This document shows positions 31,901 through 41,326 of a stretch of DNA of 64,000 bases, in pieces. The notes under the pieces are model-generated. The model searched no databases and was not told where the DNA came from. It worked only from the letters and a program-made list of their open reading frames with translations. The translations under genes were made by a program, and so were the position numbers. This DNA is from Alphaproteobacteria bacterium (lineage in GTDB: Bacteria > Pseudomonadota > Alphaproteobacteria > JAAXGF01): NCBI GenBank assembly GCA_963555825.3, contig CAUVXB020000002.1, positions 96,001 through 160,000 of the forward strand. The letters run 5' to 3'. Position 1 is the stretch's first letter, and each line of letters starts with the position of its first letter.

Positions 31901-34900
31901 GGCGTCCACCCGGTGCTCCCTCTGTGCGTCCCCTTTCACGTGCCCGAGCGCCGCGTCCTCCTCGACATTGGGATCGGTCGTCGTCAGCCGCACGGTCCCG
32001 CCGTCGAGCGCGAGCGCGTTCGCCTTCCACGAGATGCCGTCGGTATCGATCTCGCCCGCCTGCACTTCGTAGGAGAACACCAGTTCGGCCGTGTCCGAGC
32101 CGCGCGCATACGCCGCCTCGCGCGTCTCCTCGCCCAGCATGAACGCGAACGTCGGCGTGCCGGTCACCGTCACCGGGGCGGTGAACCCGACGGTGAACTC
32201 GATCGTCTCGCCCCCGAGATAGGTCGTGTCCATGGCCGGCGTCGAGGTCGGCGTCACCGCCGTCACCGACACGGTCTCGTCGTCGTCGATGGTGATGACG
32301 GTCGCGCATCTCCCCGCGCCGCCCAGGTCCCGGAGACCGGCAGGGCACTCGAGCCCGAGCGGGGCCTGGCCGGTCACAGCGCTGACCTGCAGGCGGAACC
32401 GCTCCTCGCCCTCGAGCAGGCTGTCGCCCACCGTCTCGACCGTTGCCGGAACCGACGCGGCGAACACGTCGCCGTCGGCCGTCCAGTCGCCCGGCTGCAC
32501 CGTCAGCTCGACGTCCACCGCCGTGAAGTCGTCGGCGTCCACCGCGCTATCGTTCGTGGTGAACATCCTGACCTTGTAGTCCGCCCGCGGCTTCGGCATG
32601 CCCGCCGCCGTCTTCAGCGTCAGCGCGGCCGTCGCGTCCTTGCCCTCGGCCACCTCGTAGGCGTCCTCGGCCCACTGCGCGACGATCGGCGGGTCCACCA
32701 CCACCACCTGCACCGTCGCCGCGTTGGCCGGCGCCGCCGCCGGCACGTAGAGGCGCCCGACGCCCGTGACCGTGGCGGTCAGGCCGCCCGACGCCAGGGT
32801 GTAGTCATCGGCAATCGGGAACGTCCCGGTTGCCGAGGTCTGGCCCGCCGGAATCGTGACGGTCTGCTCCGTGCTCGCGAGATACGCCCCCGCCTGCGCG
32901 ATGGAGAGCGTGACCGCGAGGTCCGACGCCGGGGCCGGCGACGCCGTCAGCCGGAACACCGCATCGGCCAGCAACGGCGCCGCCTTCGCATGCACCGCCG
33001 CGATCGACACCACCGGCAGCACGATCGTCTCGTTGGTCACCGGATGGTTCGTCAGCGCCCCCGCGGGGTTGCCGAAGAGGTCCCGCAGCGGGTTCGCCGC
33101 CGGCACCGTGTAGGTCAGCGTCACCGTCTGCCCGAGCAACGCCGGCGTCGCCAGGGTCAGCGTCACCGTCGTCCCGTCCACCGCCACCGCGCTCACCGCC
33201 TGCGCCGTGCCGCCGTCCAGCGACACCTTGAATTCGCCCTTCTCCGGCACCGAGCCCTCGTCGAGCGCCTCGTCGTAGGTCAGCGTGAGTTCGCCGGTGA
33301 ACACCGTCGCCCCGTCCGGCGCCGCCACCAGCGCCGGCGCCGTGTTGTCCGCGATCCGCGAGCCGTCCACCTTGTGCCCGGACAGCGTGCCGGGAGCGGG
33401 GTGGCTGCGGTCGATGTCGATCCTTTGCGCGACCGTGCGGATGCGGTCGTTCGAGTCCAGCTCGAAGGTGGTGCTGCCGTCGCCGATCGAGATCCCGTCG
33501 GGGCCCATGTCGCCCGCCTGCACCGTGTAGGTGAACAACAGCCTCGTCGCGGTGCTGTTCACCCTGTCGTAGGCGGCCCGCACCGGGTCCGCGCCGATCG
33601 TGAACCGGAACACGGGATCGCCCACGACCTCCACCGCCGCGCTCGCGGTGACCGTGATCACGATCGTCTCGCCGAAACCGTAGGTGTCCGCCAGCGACGT
33701 CGGCGTCGAGGTCACCGCCACGGTGACCGTGGCGGGCGTGACGGGCGTGGTCCGGCCGTCGACCTTGTGCGCCGCCAGGTTCGACTGGGCGGCGTGGGTC
33801 AGGATCGCAGCCACCGCGTTGCCTGTCCCCGCGATGGTGCCGCCGTTGAGCACAATCGCGTTCGCGGCCCAGGAAATCCCGTTCGTGTCCCGGTCGCCGC
33901 TTGATCCGCCCGTTACGGCGTGGGAGAACCGCAGCGTGGCGGTGCCCGAGCCCGCATACCAGGTCGCCGTCGACGCGCCGCCGAGGTCGAAGGCGAAGGT
34001 CGGATCGCCGGTCACCGTCACCGGCGCGTCGAAGGTCATCGAGAACTCGATGTGCTCGCGCGCGCCGTAGGTGTCCGTCGTCTTGCGCGGCGTCGAGGTC
34101 ACCGTGACGCTGAGCAGCGCGGGCTGGGTGGTGGTGGTGACCGTGCCGGACGAGGGATACGCTGTGCTGGTGCGCGTTTCTTCGCCGCTCAGGTTGTCGG
34201 TGAAGCTCACCTTCACCTTGATCTTCTTGCCCGCGTCGGCGGCGGTCAGGGTGTAGGTGGCGGCGGTCTCGCCCGAAATCTCCGTCTCGTTGGAGATGCC
34301 ATCCGGGTCCACGCGGAACCATTTGTAGGTGAAATCGACGCCGGTCAGCCCGTCGGTGTCCATGATGGGGCTCGCGTCGACGGTCAGCTCCTGCCCGGCC
34401 TTCGCCGTGCCGGAAATCGTCGGCTCGCCCGTCGCGGCGTTGTTCGCCGGCAGGCTCAGGTACAGCGTGCGGGTATCCACCGGGGGCGACCAGTCGAAGG
34501 TTGCGGTCCAGGAGTAATTACCGGCAGTTACGCCGGCATTTCTGAAATCGAAGTTCTCATTGCAGACATGCAGCCGGAGCGCGGCCTTTTCTGCCGCCGT
34601 CAATACGTCGAGTGCGGACAAGTTAAAATCGAGTCTCCCTGTACTCACGAGGATCCCGCCAATTGTGTAGTTATTCGAACCGATGGAAAAGTCCGCACTG
34701 TCCGATAGGCTGCCTTGGGAAATAACCATATCGAATCCGTAACTAATATTTCCAGACATCTCATGCCGCTCCACCCCCACCGTGCCGGTCCAGATTTCGC
34801 GCCGATCGCCGAAGCTGGGCGTCCCGCAGGCGATGTTCCTGATGTCGATGGTCATCGTGTAGGCGGTGGCGCTGTCGTCCGTGCCGTCGTTCACCTTGAA

Positions 34901-35998
34901 GGTGAAGCTCGCATAGTCGGTGCCGCTCGCGCCGGACGCGGGCGTGAAGGTGAGGTCGCCAGCGTCGATGTCGGCCTTGGGGATGACATCGCTCGCCATA
35001 ACCGCCGTGCCGTCGAGCGCCAGAGTGCCCGCCCCCGGCAAGCTCTCGATCTTCACGCTCGCGAGCATGTCGCCGTCCGCGTCGGCGAAGCCGAAGTCGT
35101 CCGCCGTGAAGGCGTACGCCGTGCCCGCGATCGCCCTCACCGTGTTGTTCGAGGCCGTCGGGGCAGTGATGGTGAAGGTGTTTACCGTACCCTCGATCTT
35201 TAGAAGCGCACTTTCAACACGCACAGTCCAGCGCGCGGTCGTGTACAACCGCTTGGCCAGTCGGTCGTTGGCGATGCTCCAACCGGACGCTCCGGTTTCG
35301 TCATCAGCCGCCTTGACATTGAGTCTGAACCTTTTGGACGAGTCTGTCCCGTACCCGGCGACGACAAAATACGTTGTGGTCGGGTCCAGCATGACCCCCC
35401 CCAGGGGTGCGCTGAATATGTTTTCCGAATTCGTTGAGGAATCATCGATAGTCGCCGGATTGGTCAACGTAGCGACCAGCATGCCCGGTTCGTTGCTGCT
35501 GTTGCTTTCGCGGATCTCAACCAGCGGCGAGTCGCTAGCATTCGAGGAGTCCACCGACAGTGTGACCTGCGACAGGGTGTACCCCCCTCTGCTGGATCCA
35601 GTAGTGAAGCCCTGGGCCACCACGTAACTCTTTAAATCTGATGACGGCGATAAATTCGAAACCAGTGTTTCGACCGTCTGCGCCGCGGCCTCCCCCGGCA
35701 CACCGAGCGCCAGGCCGGCGAGGGCGGCCAGCGCGAGGGCAGCCGCCCGCGCGCCGCGCGGCTGGGTCGCGGCGTTCTCACGCGGGCGGCTCCGCCGCCG
35801 GAGGGAGAACCGGCGCGGAAGGGAGGCGCGGCCAGGCGCCGATGCGGCGAGGGAACCAGGGTCCGGGGAGCGCGACGCGCCCCCGTCGGGTGGGGGCGGG
35901 GCAGGACGGTCCCCGCACGGGGCGGCGCCCCGGGGACGCCGGGAAGGCTCGGGCGGCCGGACCGGGCCGGTCGTTCGGGTTCCGCTCAGCAGGGGCAC
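25970..35998 (-). CDS. Giant autotransporter-like adhesin (3342 aa; cadherin-like, Ig-like, SwmB-like and Calx-beta domains, C-terminal beta-barrel)
   Basis: Uninterrupted 10-kb ORF; extended signal ending GEAAA-Q; SFTFKVNDG; LTYDEALD..VTLTL x3; VSVDYETADGTA..DY Calx-beta; WIARFGRTVAEQV linker; terminal VGLRLTARF. Confidence 0.88.
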   Translation of the reverse strand: MPLLSGTRTTGPVRPPEPSRRPRGAAPCGDRPAPPPPDGGASRSPDPGSLAASAPGRASLPRRFSLRRRSRPRENAATQPRGARAAALALAALAGLALGVPGEAAAQTVETLVSNLSPSSDLKSYVVAQGFTTGSSRGGYTLSQVTLSVDSSNASDSPLVEIRESNSSNEPGMLVATLTNPATIDDSSTNSENIFSAPLGGVMLDPTTTYFVVAGYGTDSSKRFRLNVKAADDETGASGWSIANDRLAKRLYTTARWTVRVESALLKIEGTVNTFTITAPTASNNTVRAIAGTAYAFTADDFGFADADGDMLASVKIESLPGAGTLALDGTAVMASDVIPKADIDAGDLTFTPASGASGTDYASFTFKVNDGTDDSATAYTMTIDIRNIACGTPSFGDRREIWTGTVGVERHEMSGNISYGFDMVISQGSLSDSADFSIGSNNYTIGGILVSTGRLDFNLSALDVLTAAEKAALRLHVCNENFDFRNAGVTAGNYSWTATFDWSPPVDTRTLYLSLPANNAATGEPTISGTAKAGQELTVDASPIMDTDGLTGVDFTYKWFRVDPDGISNETEISGETAATYTLTAADAGKKIKVKVSFTDNLSGEETRTSTAYPSSGTVTTTTQPALLSVTVTSTPRKTTDTYGAREHIEFSMTFDAPVTVTGDPTFAFDLGGASTATWYAGSGTATLRFSHAVTGGSSGDRDTNGISWAANAIVLNGGTIAGTGNAVAAILTHAAQSNLAAHKVDGRTTPVTPATVTVAVTSTPTSLADTYGFGETIVITVTASAAVEVVGDPVFRFTIGADPVRAAYDRVNSTATRLLFTYTVQAGDMGPDGISIGDGSTTFELDSNDRIRTVAQRIDIDRSHPAPGTLSGHKVDGSRIADNTAPALVAAPDGATVFTGELTLTYDEALDEGSVPEKGEFKVSLDGGTAQAVSAVAVDGTTVTLTLATPALLGQTVTLTYTVPAANPLRDLFGNPAGALTNHPVTNETIVLPVVSIAAVHAKAAPLLADAVFRLTASPAPASDLAVTLSIAQAGAYLASTEQTVTIPAGQTSATGTFPIADDYTLASGGLTATVTGVGRLYVPAAAPANAATVQVVVVDPPIVAQWAEDAYEVAEGKDATAALTLKTAAGMPKPRADYKVRMFTTNDSAVDADDFTAVDVELTVQPGDWTADGDVFAASVPATVETVGDSLLEGEERFRLQVSAVTGQAPLGLECPAGLRDLGGAGRCATVITIDDDETVSVTAVTPTSTPAMDTTYLGGETIEFTVGFTAPVTVTGTPTFAFMLGEETREAAYARGSDTAELVFSYEVQAGEIDTDGISWKANALALDGGTVRLTTTDPNVEEDAALGHVKGDAQREHRVDAVPPGVESASMQGTVLELVYDEALDEGSVPEKGEFKVSLDGGTAQAVSAVAVDGTTVTLTLATPAVFGQAVTLTYTVPAANPLRDLFGNPAGALTNHPVANETLVLVVLPVVSIAAVHAKAAPLLADAVFRLTASPAPASDLAVTLSIAQAGAYLASTEQTVTIPAGQTSATGTFPIADDYTLASGGLAATVTGVGRLYVPAAAPANAATVQVVVVDPPIVAQWAEDAYEVAEGKDATAALTLKTAAGMPKPRADYKVRMFTTNDSAVAGDDYTAVSGELTVRPGDWTADGAVFAASVPATVETVDDSLLEGDERFRLQVSAAANQAPLGLECPAGLRDLGGAGRCATDIVIDDDETLSVTAVTVTSTPAAGNTYLGGETIGFTVGFTAPVTVTGTPTFMFMLGDQTREAAYSSGSETADLVFAYTVQAGETDTDGISWKANALALGGGTVRLTTTDPNVEEDAALAHPAEREGLGEHRVDADPPGVESASLDGTRLELVYDEVLDGSSEPGTSAYTVAATVGSNPTVSMVSVEGSTVTLTLSAAPDDGAEVTLGYTAPASNPVRDAAGNPAPGLTSVLVLRGPVVDDIVFGPELMPTDVPADRYGYTEAHLSSNVLGLRRYKAHKMVAHDEGDRLTFEVVFNRPVKVTGTGSDPILKFKLWGETKTATWNRESGTSLSKTLTFTWGPVATGDNDFEGIKVTKLDVSMGKDIVDSDGRKFVAGSFEDEPFKGPRIFGGFHELRIDAKGYAVEGEMYEFSVKRKVIRSGDLDEETYVLLGITDSAFPGTPALGRHEGSDNGPGGRVVTFKPGATEGRRSNTEVLPSVTPPDDEGPTEGRTMTIALHATHVTLENEAGKLVHRIYMPRIVDGVFEVATVPVRPIGTARAGAAPAIVGTPAVSAPQRNGAYAAEERIEAQVAFDTVVIVDETEGSPTLAIALAGRRHDAAYVSGSGSATLRFAVEAPKSAEGAAAARAIANGLVLNGATVRDADGNDAVLDFGENPRIASLAIGAAPGGDGTWDAGETVEVAVTFEEPVTVDTEAGTPALRARVGAATYAIPYASGTGTDTLTFAVTREDGAAPAPTVIVEGDSLALNRGAIESTAGLVADIAHPGAARAGFAAPELPSIEASDAEAREGEALEFRLELSQASETPVSVDYETADGTAQEGADYVPVSGTVSFAPGETVKTVSVATLGDGDEEPAETLPLRLSNAEGATLATTEASGTIAASGGADTFTGAFSGVPEEHDGETEFTLTLTFDEEPEGLSYKTVRDSLFTREGGTIGGARRASPPSNKAFVLKVTPSADEAVTLTLKAVPPCGQEKTVCTAGGSVLSGPLGVTVPGPAALSVADAQVQEGPGAVLEFVVSLDRRRHAPVRVDYATVNGEAVAGDDYVHTAGTLSFSPGETRHTVSVPVLADEHDEESETLTLKLLNPVGARIADGEAVGTIRNNGAIPKAWIARFGRTVAEQVLVAVEGRMRASPAPGVEVALAGERIGGHAEPGSEAERDARREEEARRDAERLADWLHGETDPEEAQRRSRAVTPRDLQTGSSFALTSETAGKDLVSLWGRGAVSRFDGREGRLTLDGEVVTGMLGADWTGGRWTAGLIVSHSAAEGGYSGAPGAGDGPGDGAGTAAGSGPGSGSGTGGRVEATLTGVFPWARHALSERLEAWGAAGYGQGELTVTPKKPGTDEDGAAIRTDLDLRMAAAGLRGVLLDPESGSGFQLTGKTDAMVVQTASGRGRSADGGNLAPARATVSRLRLGLEGSRTIRLGGGAALTPSLEIGVRHDGGDAETGFGLDLGGGLALSDPKRGLQAELRGRGLLAHESKGFRDLGFSGSLAWEGNPGSDRGAKLRLTQTVGGSSSGGADALLSRTTLEGLAANDNGEGGNDELKSRRLELKFGYGLSAFGDRFTWTPEAGVGLSDTGRDYSLGWRLVLGGSGSDGGSLELSFEARRHESANDDTDPVHEVGLRLTARF
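30400..33290 (-). repeat. About 1.44-kb tandem duplication inside the autotransporter
   Basis: SwmB-Ig-Calx-Ig unit repeated with long identical DNA stretches (e.g. 31100-31847 vs 32540-33278). Confidence 0.85.
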
Positions 35999-36301
35999 GG
36001 AACGCCCCGTCGGACAGGGCCCGGCTCCCGGCTCTCCTGTTTCATGACCGCCGCCCGCTTCGCCGATACCCCCGGCGGCGCCTGCCGGATCGGGAGTCCC
36101 GGCGCAACGCCCCTTCCGGCCTCCGGCGGTCCTGCGGCGCGGCCTCTGCCCGGCCGGTCCGCGCTTCCCTGCTTCCGGCGATGGCGCCGAACACTGACGA
36201 AAGACTCATTTCTGCCTCCGACTCCCCCGACTTCCCGGTGGCCTTTCGCCCCGCGCTCACGATTGCGTCCGCCGAGGTCCTCCGCGCTGCATGCCCGCAT
36301 T

Positions 36302-38869
36302 CCGTGGCGTCCGCACTCCATTCCCCTTGCAAGTTTAGACAGTTATGTGTGACAGTAGTGCCAATTCTCGGGGTTTTGTACGAATTAGACACGAATTCTT
36401 CGCGATTTCTACGCGATCCATCGGGAATCGGACAGAACCGAAGGAGCCGGACCCCTTCCGCGGTCCGCCGGCGAATCTGTCCCCGGCCGGGCCGGCAACG
36501 CGGTCCGCGGCGGGTGCAGGGAGGATGGAATGACCGACCGCGAACCGACGGCAGCCGAGAACGAGGCGCTGCGCGCGCGCATCTCGGCGCTCAGCGCGGC
36601 GAGCCTGCGCATCAGCGCAAGCCTCGACCTGGAGACCGTCCTCAACGAGATCGTAGACAGCGCCCGGGCGCTCACTGGCGCCCGCTTCGCCGCCATCGCC
36701 ACCATCGACGAGGCGGGCGCGCCCCAGGACTTCGTCACCTCGGGCTTCACCGCCGACGAGCACCGGCGCCTGGCGGAGTGGTCCGAGGGCCCGCGGCTCT
36801 TCGAGCACTTCCGCGACCTCGAGGGGCCGCTCCGGATCGCCGACGTTTCGGCCTATGTGCAGGCGCTCGGCTTCCCGACCGACCGGCTGCCGTCGAAGAC
36901 CTTCCAGGGCACGCCGATGCGCCATCGCGGCGTCCATGTCGGCAACTTCTATCTCGTCGAGAAGGAGGGCGGCGAGGCGTTCACCGACGAGGACGAGGAG
37001 ATCCTGGTGCTGTTCGCCTCCCAGGCCGCGACCGCGATCGCCAATGCGCGGACCTACCGCGCCGAGCAGCGCGCCCGCGCCGACCTCGAGGCGCTGATCG
37101 AGACCTCGCCGGTCGGCGTCGTGGTGTTCGACGCCGGCACCGGCCGGCCGGTCTCGCTCAACCGCGAGGCCAGGCGGATCGTCGAGAGCCTGCGCATGCC
37201 GGGCCGCACCGCCGAGGACCTGCTCGGGATCCTCACCTGCCGCTTCGCCGACGGGCGCGAGATCGCCCTCGACAAGTTCCCGCTGGCGCAGGCGCTGAGC
37301 AGCGCCGAGACGGTGCGCGCCGAGGAGATCGTGCTCACGACCCCCGACGGGCGCAGCATCACCACGCTCGTCAACGCGACGCCGATCCACGCCGAGGACG
37401 GCGCCGTCGCGTCGGTGGTGGTCACCATGCAGGACCTCGCCCCGCTTCAGGAACTGGAGCGGATGCGGGCGGAGTTCCTCGGCATGGTGAGCCACGAGCT
37501 GCGCGTGCCGCTGACCTCCATCAAGGGCTCGACCGCCGCGGCGCTCGGCGCCGCGCGGCTCGTCGCGCCGGCCGAGACGCGCGAGTACTTCCGCATCATC
37601 GACGACCAGGCCGACCGCATGATCGGGCTGATCGCCGACCTGCTCGATGCCGGGCGCATCGAAACCGGCACGCTCTCGGTCTCGCCCGAGCCCTCGGAGG
37701 TCGGCGCCCTGGTGGACCAGGCCCGCAACGCCTTCCTCTCCGGCGGCGCCCGACACGCCGTCCTGATCGACCTGCCGCCCGGCCTGCCGCCGGTGCTGGC
37801 CGACCGCCAGCGCATCGTGCAGGTGCTGAACAACCTCTTGGCGAACGCCGCGCGCCACTGCCCGGACACCGCTCCCATCCGGATCGCTGCGGAACGCGAC
37901 GGGGTGCATGTCGCGGTCTCGGTTGCAGACGAGGGAAGGGGCATCGCGCCGGAGCGCCTCGGGCAACTCTTCCGCAAATACGTCACCGCCGGGGACCGCG
38001 ACGGCGAGGTCGGCGGCGGGCTGGGACTTGCCATCTGCAAGGGCCTGGTCGAGGCTCACGGCGGGCGCATCCGGGCCGAGAGCGGCGGCCTCGGCCTCGG
38101 CGCCCGCTTCACCTTCACGCTCCCGGTAGCCCAGACGGCCAGCACCGGCGCCCTCCCGCGCCGCCCCGGCAGGCCCGGCGCGGAGACCGAAGCGGCGCCC
38201 ATCCTCGTGGTCGACGACGACCCGGAGACGCTGCGCCATGTCCGCGACACGCTCGCGGACGCGGGTTTCGCCCCCCTGGTCACCGGCGACCACCGGGAGA
38301 TGTCGCGCATCCTCCAGGCCGAGAAGCCCCGGTTGGTGCTGCTCGACCTGATGCTGCCCGGGACCGACGGGGTGCAGCTGATGCAGACCGTTCCGGAGCT
38401 CGCCGACCAGCCGGTCATCTTCATCTCGGGCTACGGGCGCGACGAGACCATCGCGAGTGCGTTCGAGGCCGGCGCCGACGACTACATCGTCAAGCCCTTC
38501 TCGCCGACCGAACTGGTGGCGCGGATCCGTGCGGCGCTGCGGCGCAGGGCCGACCCGGTCCCGATGGTGCTGGGCGATCTCGCCATCGACTACGACCGGC
38601 GCCGGGTCACGGTGGCCGGGCGAGCGGTCGAGCTGACGGCGACCGAGTACGAACTCCTGCGCGTTCTTTCGCAGGGCGCCGGCCGTGTCCTGACCCACGA
38701 TACCCTGCTGCGCCGGGTCTGGAACGGGCGGACCGCCGACCCGAAGATCGTGCGCGCCTACGTGAAGCGGCTGCGCAGCAAGCTCGGCGACGATGCGCAG
38801 CGGCCAGCCTACATTCTGACCGAGCGCCGGGTGGGCTACCGCATGCCCGGGCCCGGCGACCCATAGCCG
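36302..38869 (+). repeat. 2.57-kb direct repeat, copy 1 (upstream region plus hybrid kinase)
   Basis: Matches 55602-58169 at an offset of exactly 19,300 bp. Confidence 0.95.
36530..38866 (+). CDS. Cytoplasmic GAF-PAS-HisKA-HATPase-REC-wHTH hybrid kinase/regulator, copy 1
   Basis: H box SHELRVPL, N box NNLLANA, G boxes DEGRGI and GLGLAICK, REC VVDDD/LLD/KPF, OmpR-type LTATEYELL..ILTERRVGY; no TM segment. Confidence 0.92.
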   Translation: MTDREPTAAENEALRARISALSAASLRISASLDLETVLNEIVDSARALTGARFAAIATIDEAGAPQDFVTSGFTADEHRRLAEWSEGPRLFEHFRDLEGPLRIADVSAYVQALGFPTDRLPSKTFQGTPMRHRGVHVGNFYLVEKEGGEAFTDEDEEILVLFASQAATAIANARTYRAEQRARADLEALIETSPVGVVVFDAGTGRPVSLNREARRIVESLRMPGRTAEDLLGILTCRFADGREIALDKFPLAQALSSAETVRAEEIVLTTPDGRSITTLVNATPIHAEDGAVASVVVTMQDLAPLQELERMRAEFLGMVSHELRVPLTSIKGSTAAALGAARLVAPAETREYFRIIDDQADRMIGLIADLLDAGRIETGTLSVSPEPSEVGALVDQARNAFLSGGARHAVLIDLPPGLPPVLADRQRIVQVLNNLLANAARHCPDTAPIRIAAERDGVHVAVSVADEGRGIAPERLGQLFRKYVTAGDRDGEVGGGLGLAICKGLVEAHGGRIRAESGGLGLGARFTFTLPVAQTASTGALPRRPGRPGAETEAAPILVVDDDPETLRHVRDTLADAGFAPLVTGDHREMSRILQAEKPRLVLLDLMLPGTDGVQLMQTVPELADQPVIFISGYGRDETIASAFEAGADDYIVKPFSPTELVARIRAALRRRADPVPMVLGDLAIDYDRRRVTVAGRAVELTATEYELLRVLSQGAGRVLTHDTLLRRVWNGRTADPKIVRAYVKRLRSKLGDDAQRPAYILTERRVGYRMPGPGDP

Positions 38870-39254
38870 CCCTCGACGCACCGCACGGCGGAATTCCGGG
38901 TCCGCCGCGCGTTCCGTGCCGGCCGCGCTTGCCCCGTCCGTGGGTCGGTGGCCGAATTCGGCCCCGCGGACTCCCGCCGTCTCGATCGGTCGCCGTGCCG
39001 GCCGGACGGAATTCCCGCGCCGCACGACGCTCGATCGGAGGGCTCGCGCTCCGATCGAGCCCCGAAGCCCGCGCCGACCCCCTTCGGCTTGCAGATCCCG
39101 CCCCGTCTGCGCTCGTTCGCTCAGAACTCCCCGGCCATCTGCGGGACGCACCCGTTGAGCATCTCCAGCATCTCCTCGCCATCGCGGTGCGTGCGCCGCA
39201 CCGACGGAAACCCCTCAATCCGCCGCACCGCTTAGCGAAGGGCCGCCCCGGCCG

Positions 39255-40160
39255 GATACACGGGCCGGTTCGGACCCTGGGTCATCGGCGCCGCCGTGGA
39301 CGAGGAAGCCGATTTCGATGTCGGCGCCACCTTCAGGCGCCCGATCGACGACGCCGACTACCGCCTCAGCGTGCACTTCGGGAAGGGCACCGATGCCGTC
39401 GCGGGCGGCTCGCGCAGCTTCGACAGCACCGCCGTCGGCGCCGTCGGCGAAGCCGTCTACGGCAGCACGACCCTCGCTCTCGGTCTGGGCTACGAAAGCC
39501 TGAGGTCGGCCGGCCCGGATGCGGACCGATGTTACGTGTCGGCGGGAATTCGCGGAAAGACGGGCGTGATCGGCTGGTCGCTGGAAGGCCATTACGGTCG
39601 TATCGAGCACCAAGACGAGGTCGTCGGCTCGGCGACGCTCGGCGAACAGCCGGTCCCGGGACGGACCGGCTGCGCCGGGTCGACGCAGAACGTGGAACTC
39701 AGTCCGTCGGCGGTTTTGCGCCGGCGCCCTGATCCAGCTGCAAAACCGCTGGCGCGTCAGCCTCGCCTATTTCGGCCAGTACGCGACCGACGAGGCGCTC
39801 AACGCGCCACCGGACGACGAATACACCGACAACGTGGGGCTTTCGGCGGGCAGCGTCTGGGGCACGGCGGTCGCAGAAAACGTCTCGGGCATCGTCCGCG
39901 AGGGGACCCGCCGAGGGCGCGGCGCCGGCAACGCCCTGCTCGCCTTCGACGATGCGCTCGGCGGGCTCGCGGAATGGGGCGGCGGCTACAGAGGCCGATT
40001 CGGACACTGGGTCATCGGCGCTGCCGTGGACGAGGACGCCGATTTCGATCTCGGCCCCACCTTCAGGCGCCCGATGGACGTCACGGACTAGCGGCTGAGC
40101 GTGCGCTTCGGGAAGGGCACCCATGCCGCCGCAGGCGGCTCGTGCGATTTCGACAGCAAC
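39255..40160 (+). pseudogene. Porin-like beta-barrel remnants (two overlapping diverged pieces)
   Basis: Alternating beta-strand pattern (YTGRFGPWVIGAAVDE..WSLEGHYG); about 39257-39428 is repeated with divergence at about 39986-40158 with an in-frame TAG. Confidence 0.5.
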
Positions 40161-40295
40161 GGCGCGGCCGACGCGGAGCTCTCGCTCGCCGAGAACGTGG
40201 TGCGGGTCGTCATGCATCCCGCCGACCAGGTGCAGGCCTTCGCGGCGCTCGCCGACGCCGGCGCCGCCCGCTTCGGGGTGTCCGAGCGCACCAGG
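40160..40295 (+). pseudogene. ParB-family fragment
   Basis: ELSLAENVVRVVMHPADQVQAFAAL..AARFGVSERT. Confidence 0.6.
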
Positions 40296-40349
40296 ATTGG
40301 GGACTCGACCACCCAGCCGACGCGCCCGCCGAAATAGCGCGTATCGACG

Positions 40350-41066
40350 ATCACCGGCGCGCCCTGGACCGGCCGAGTGCTCGAACAGGCCTGCCCGAGA
40401 GGGCGAGGCCGACGGGGCGCCGGTGACCTCGGTGCCGCCCGCCGCGTAGAGCAGGCCGGCGACGGCGTGGCCGTCCGCGGTGACATAGAGGCTGTAGCCC
40501 GCGCCTCCGCCGGCGTGACGAAGTACCCTCGAGCACACCCCGTGCGCCGAGAAGGAGGATGTCCGCGCCTCTGGCGCGCAGCGCCGAGACCAGACCGGGC
40601 TCCTCCCCGCCGCCCGCGGCGCATATGGGGACGGCGAGACTGACCACGGTGACGCTAACGGCGAGCAGGCTCGCCGCAGCCGGGCGATGACAGGACCGTT
40701 TCATCGAGCCTTCTCCTCCCCGGTGCGGTCGCTCAGCCGGTGCGTCACGACCAGCGCAGCCTCTCCCTCCGCCCGGGCGGCGACGGGCGGGTGCGGCAAA
40801 TGGGCCAGCCCACGGAACAGCGCCTGCACCGCGTCCATGAACCCGCCTTCGAAGGCCGCCGCCGCTTCCAGCCGGTAGCGCCGGTCGGTCAGGAACAGGA
40901 CGTCGACACCTGCCCTCCCGCCCCAGCGAGCCAGCGCGGCCCGCAGCATCTCGCCTTCCCGGACCCGCCATGGCTCTCGGCCGGGACTCCCCGGTGCCGA
41001 CATCGAGCGCCGGCGGCACGCAGCCGTACAGCACCTTCCAGGCGATCGCTTCGCCGACACGGACAT
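40350..41066 (-). pseudogene. Degenerate second copy of the TcpQ plus DsbC-like gene pair
   Basis: WRVREGEMLRAALARWGGRAGVDVLFLTDRRYRL and GGAGYSLYVTADGHAVAGLLY parallel genes at 1-700. Confidence 0.75.
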
Positions 41067-41326
41067 GCCACAGCTTGCCGCGCCGGCAGCGCTCGGGGCG
41101 TCGCGAGTCCGCTCACACGACGAACATCGCGAATACCGTCACTGAGACGGGTCGCCAAGTGCTCGGAGATTGTCCGAATCGATACCGATGAAGGCCTCAC
41201 CTTTTGGCGGGCAAACCCCGTCCGCCAGGTTGATGTTCGGCTCCGGGACCGCACAACGAGGATTGAGCACCTCGCTTCACCGGCATGAAACCAATGCAAA
41301 TTAGGGTTTACGAACGTCGAACGAAC

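Noticed and set aside
37337-37369. DGR-type mutagenesis as cause of clustered changes
   Set aside because: No reverse transcriptase in the window, and the changes are not adenine-specific.
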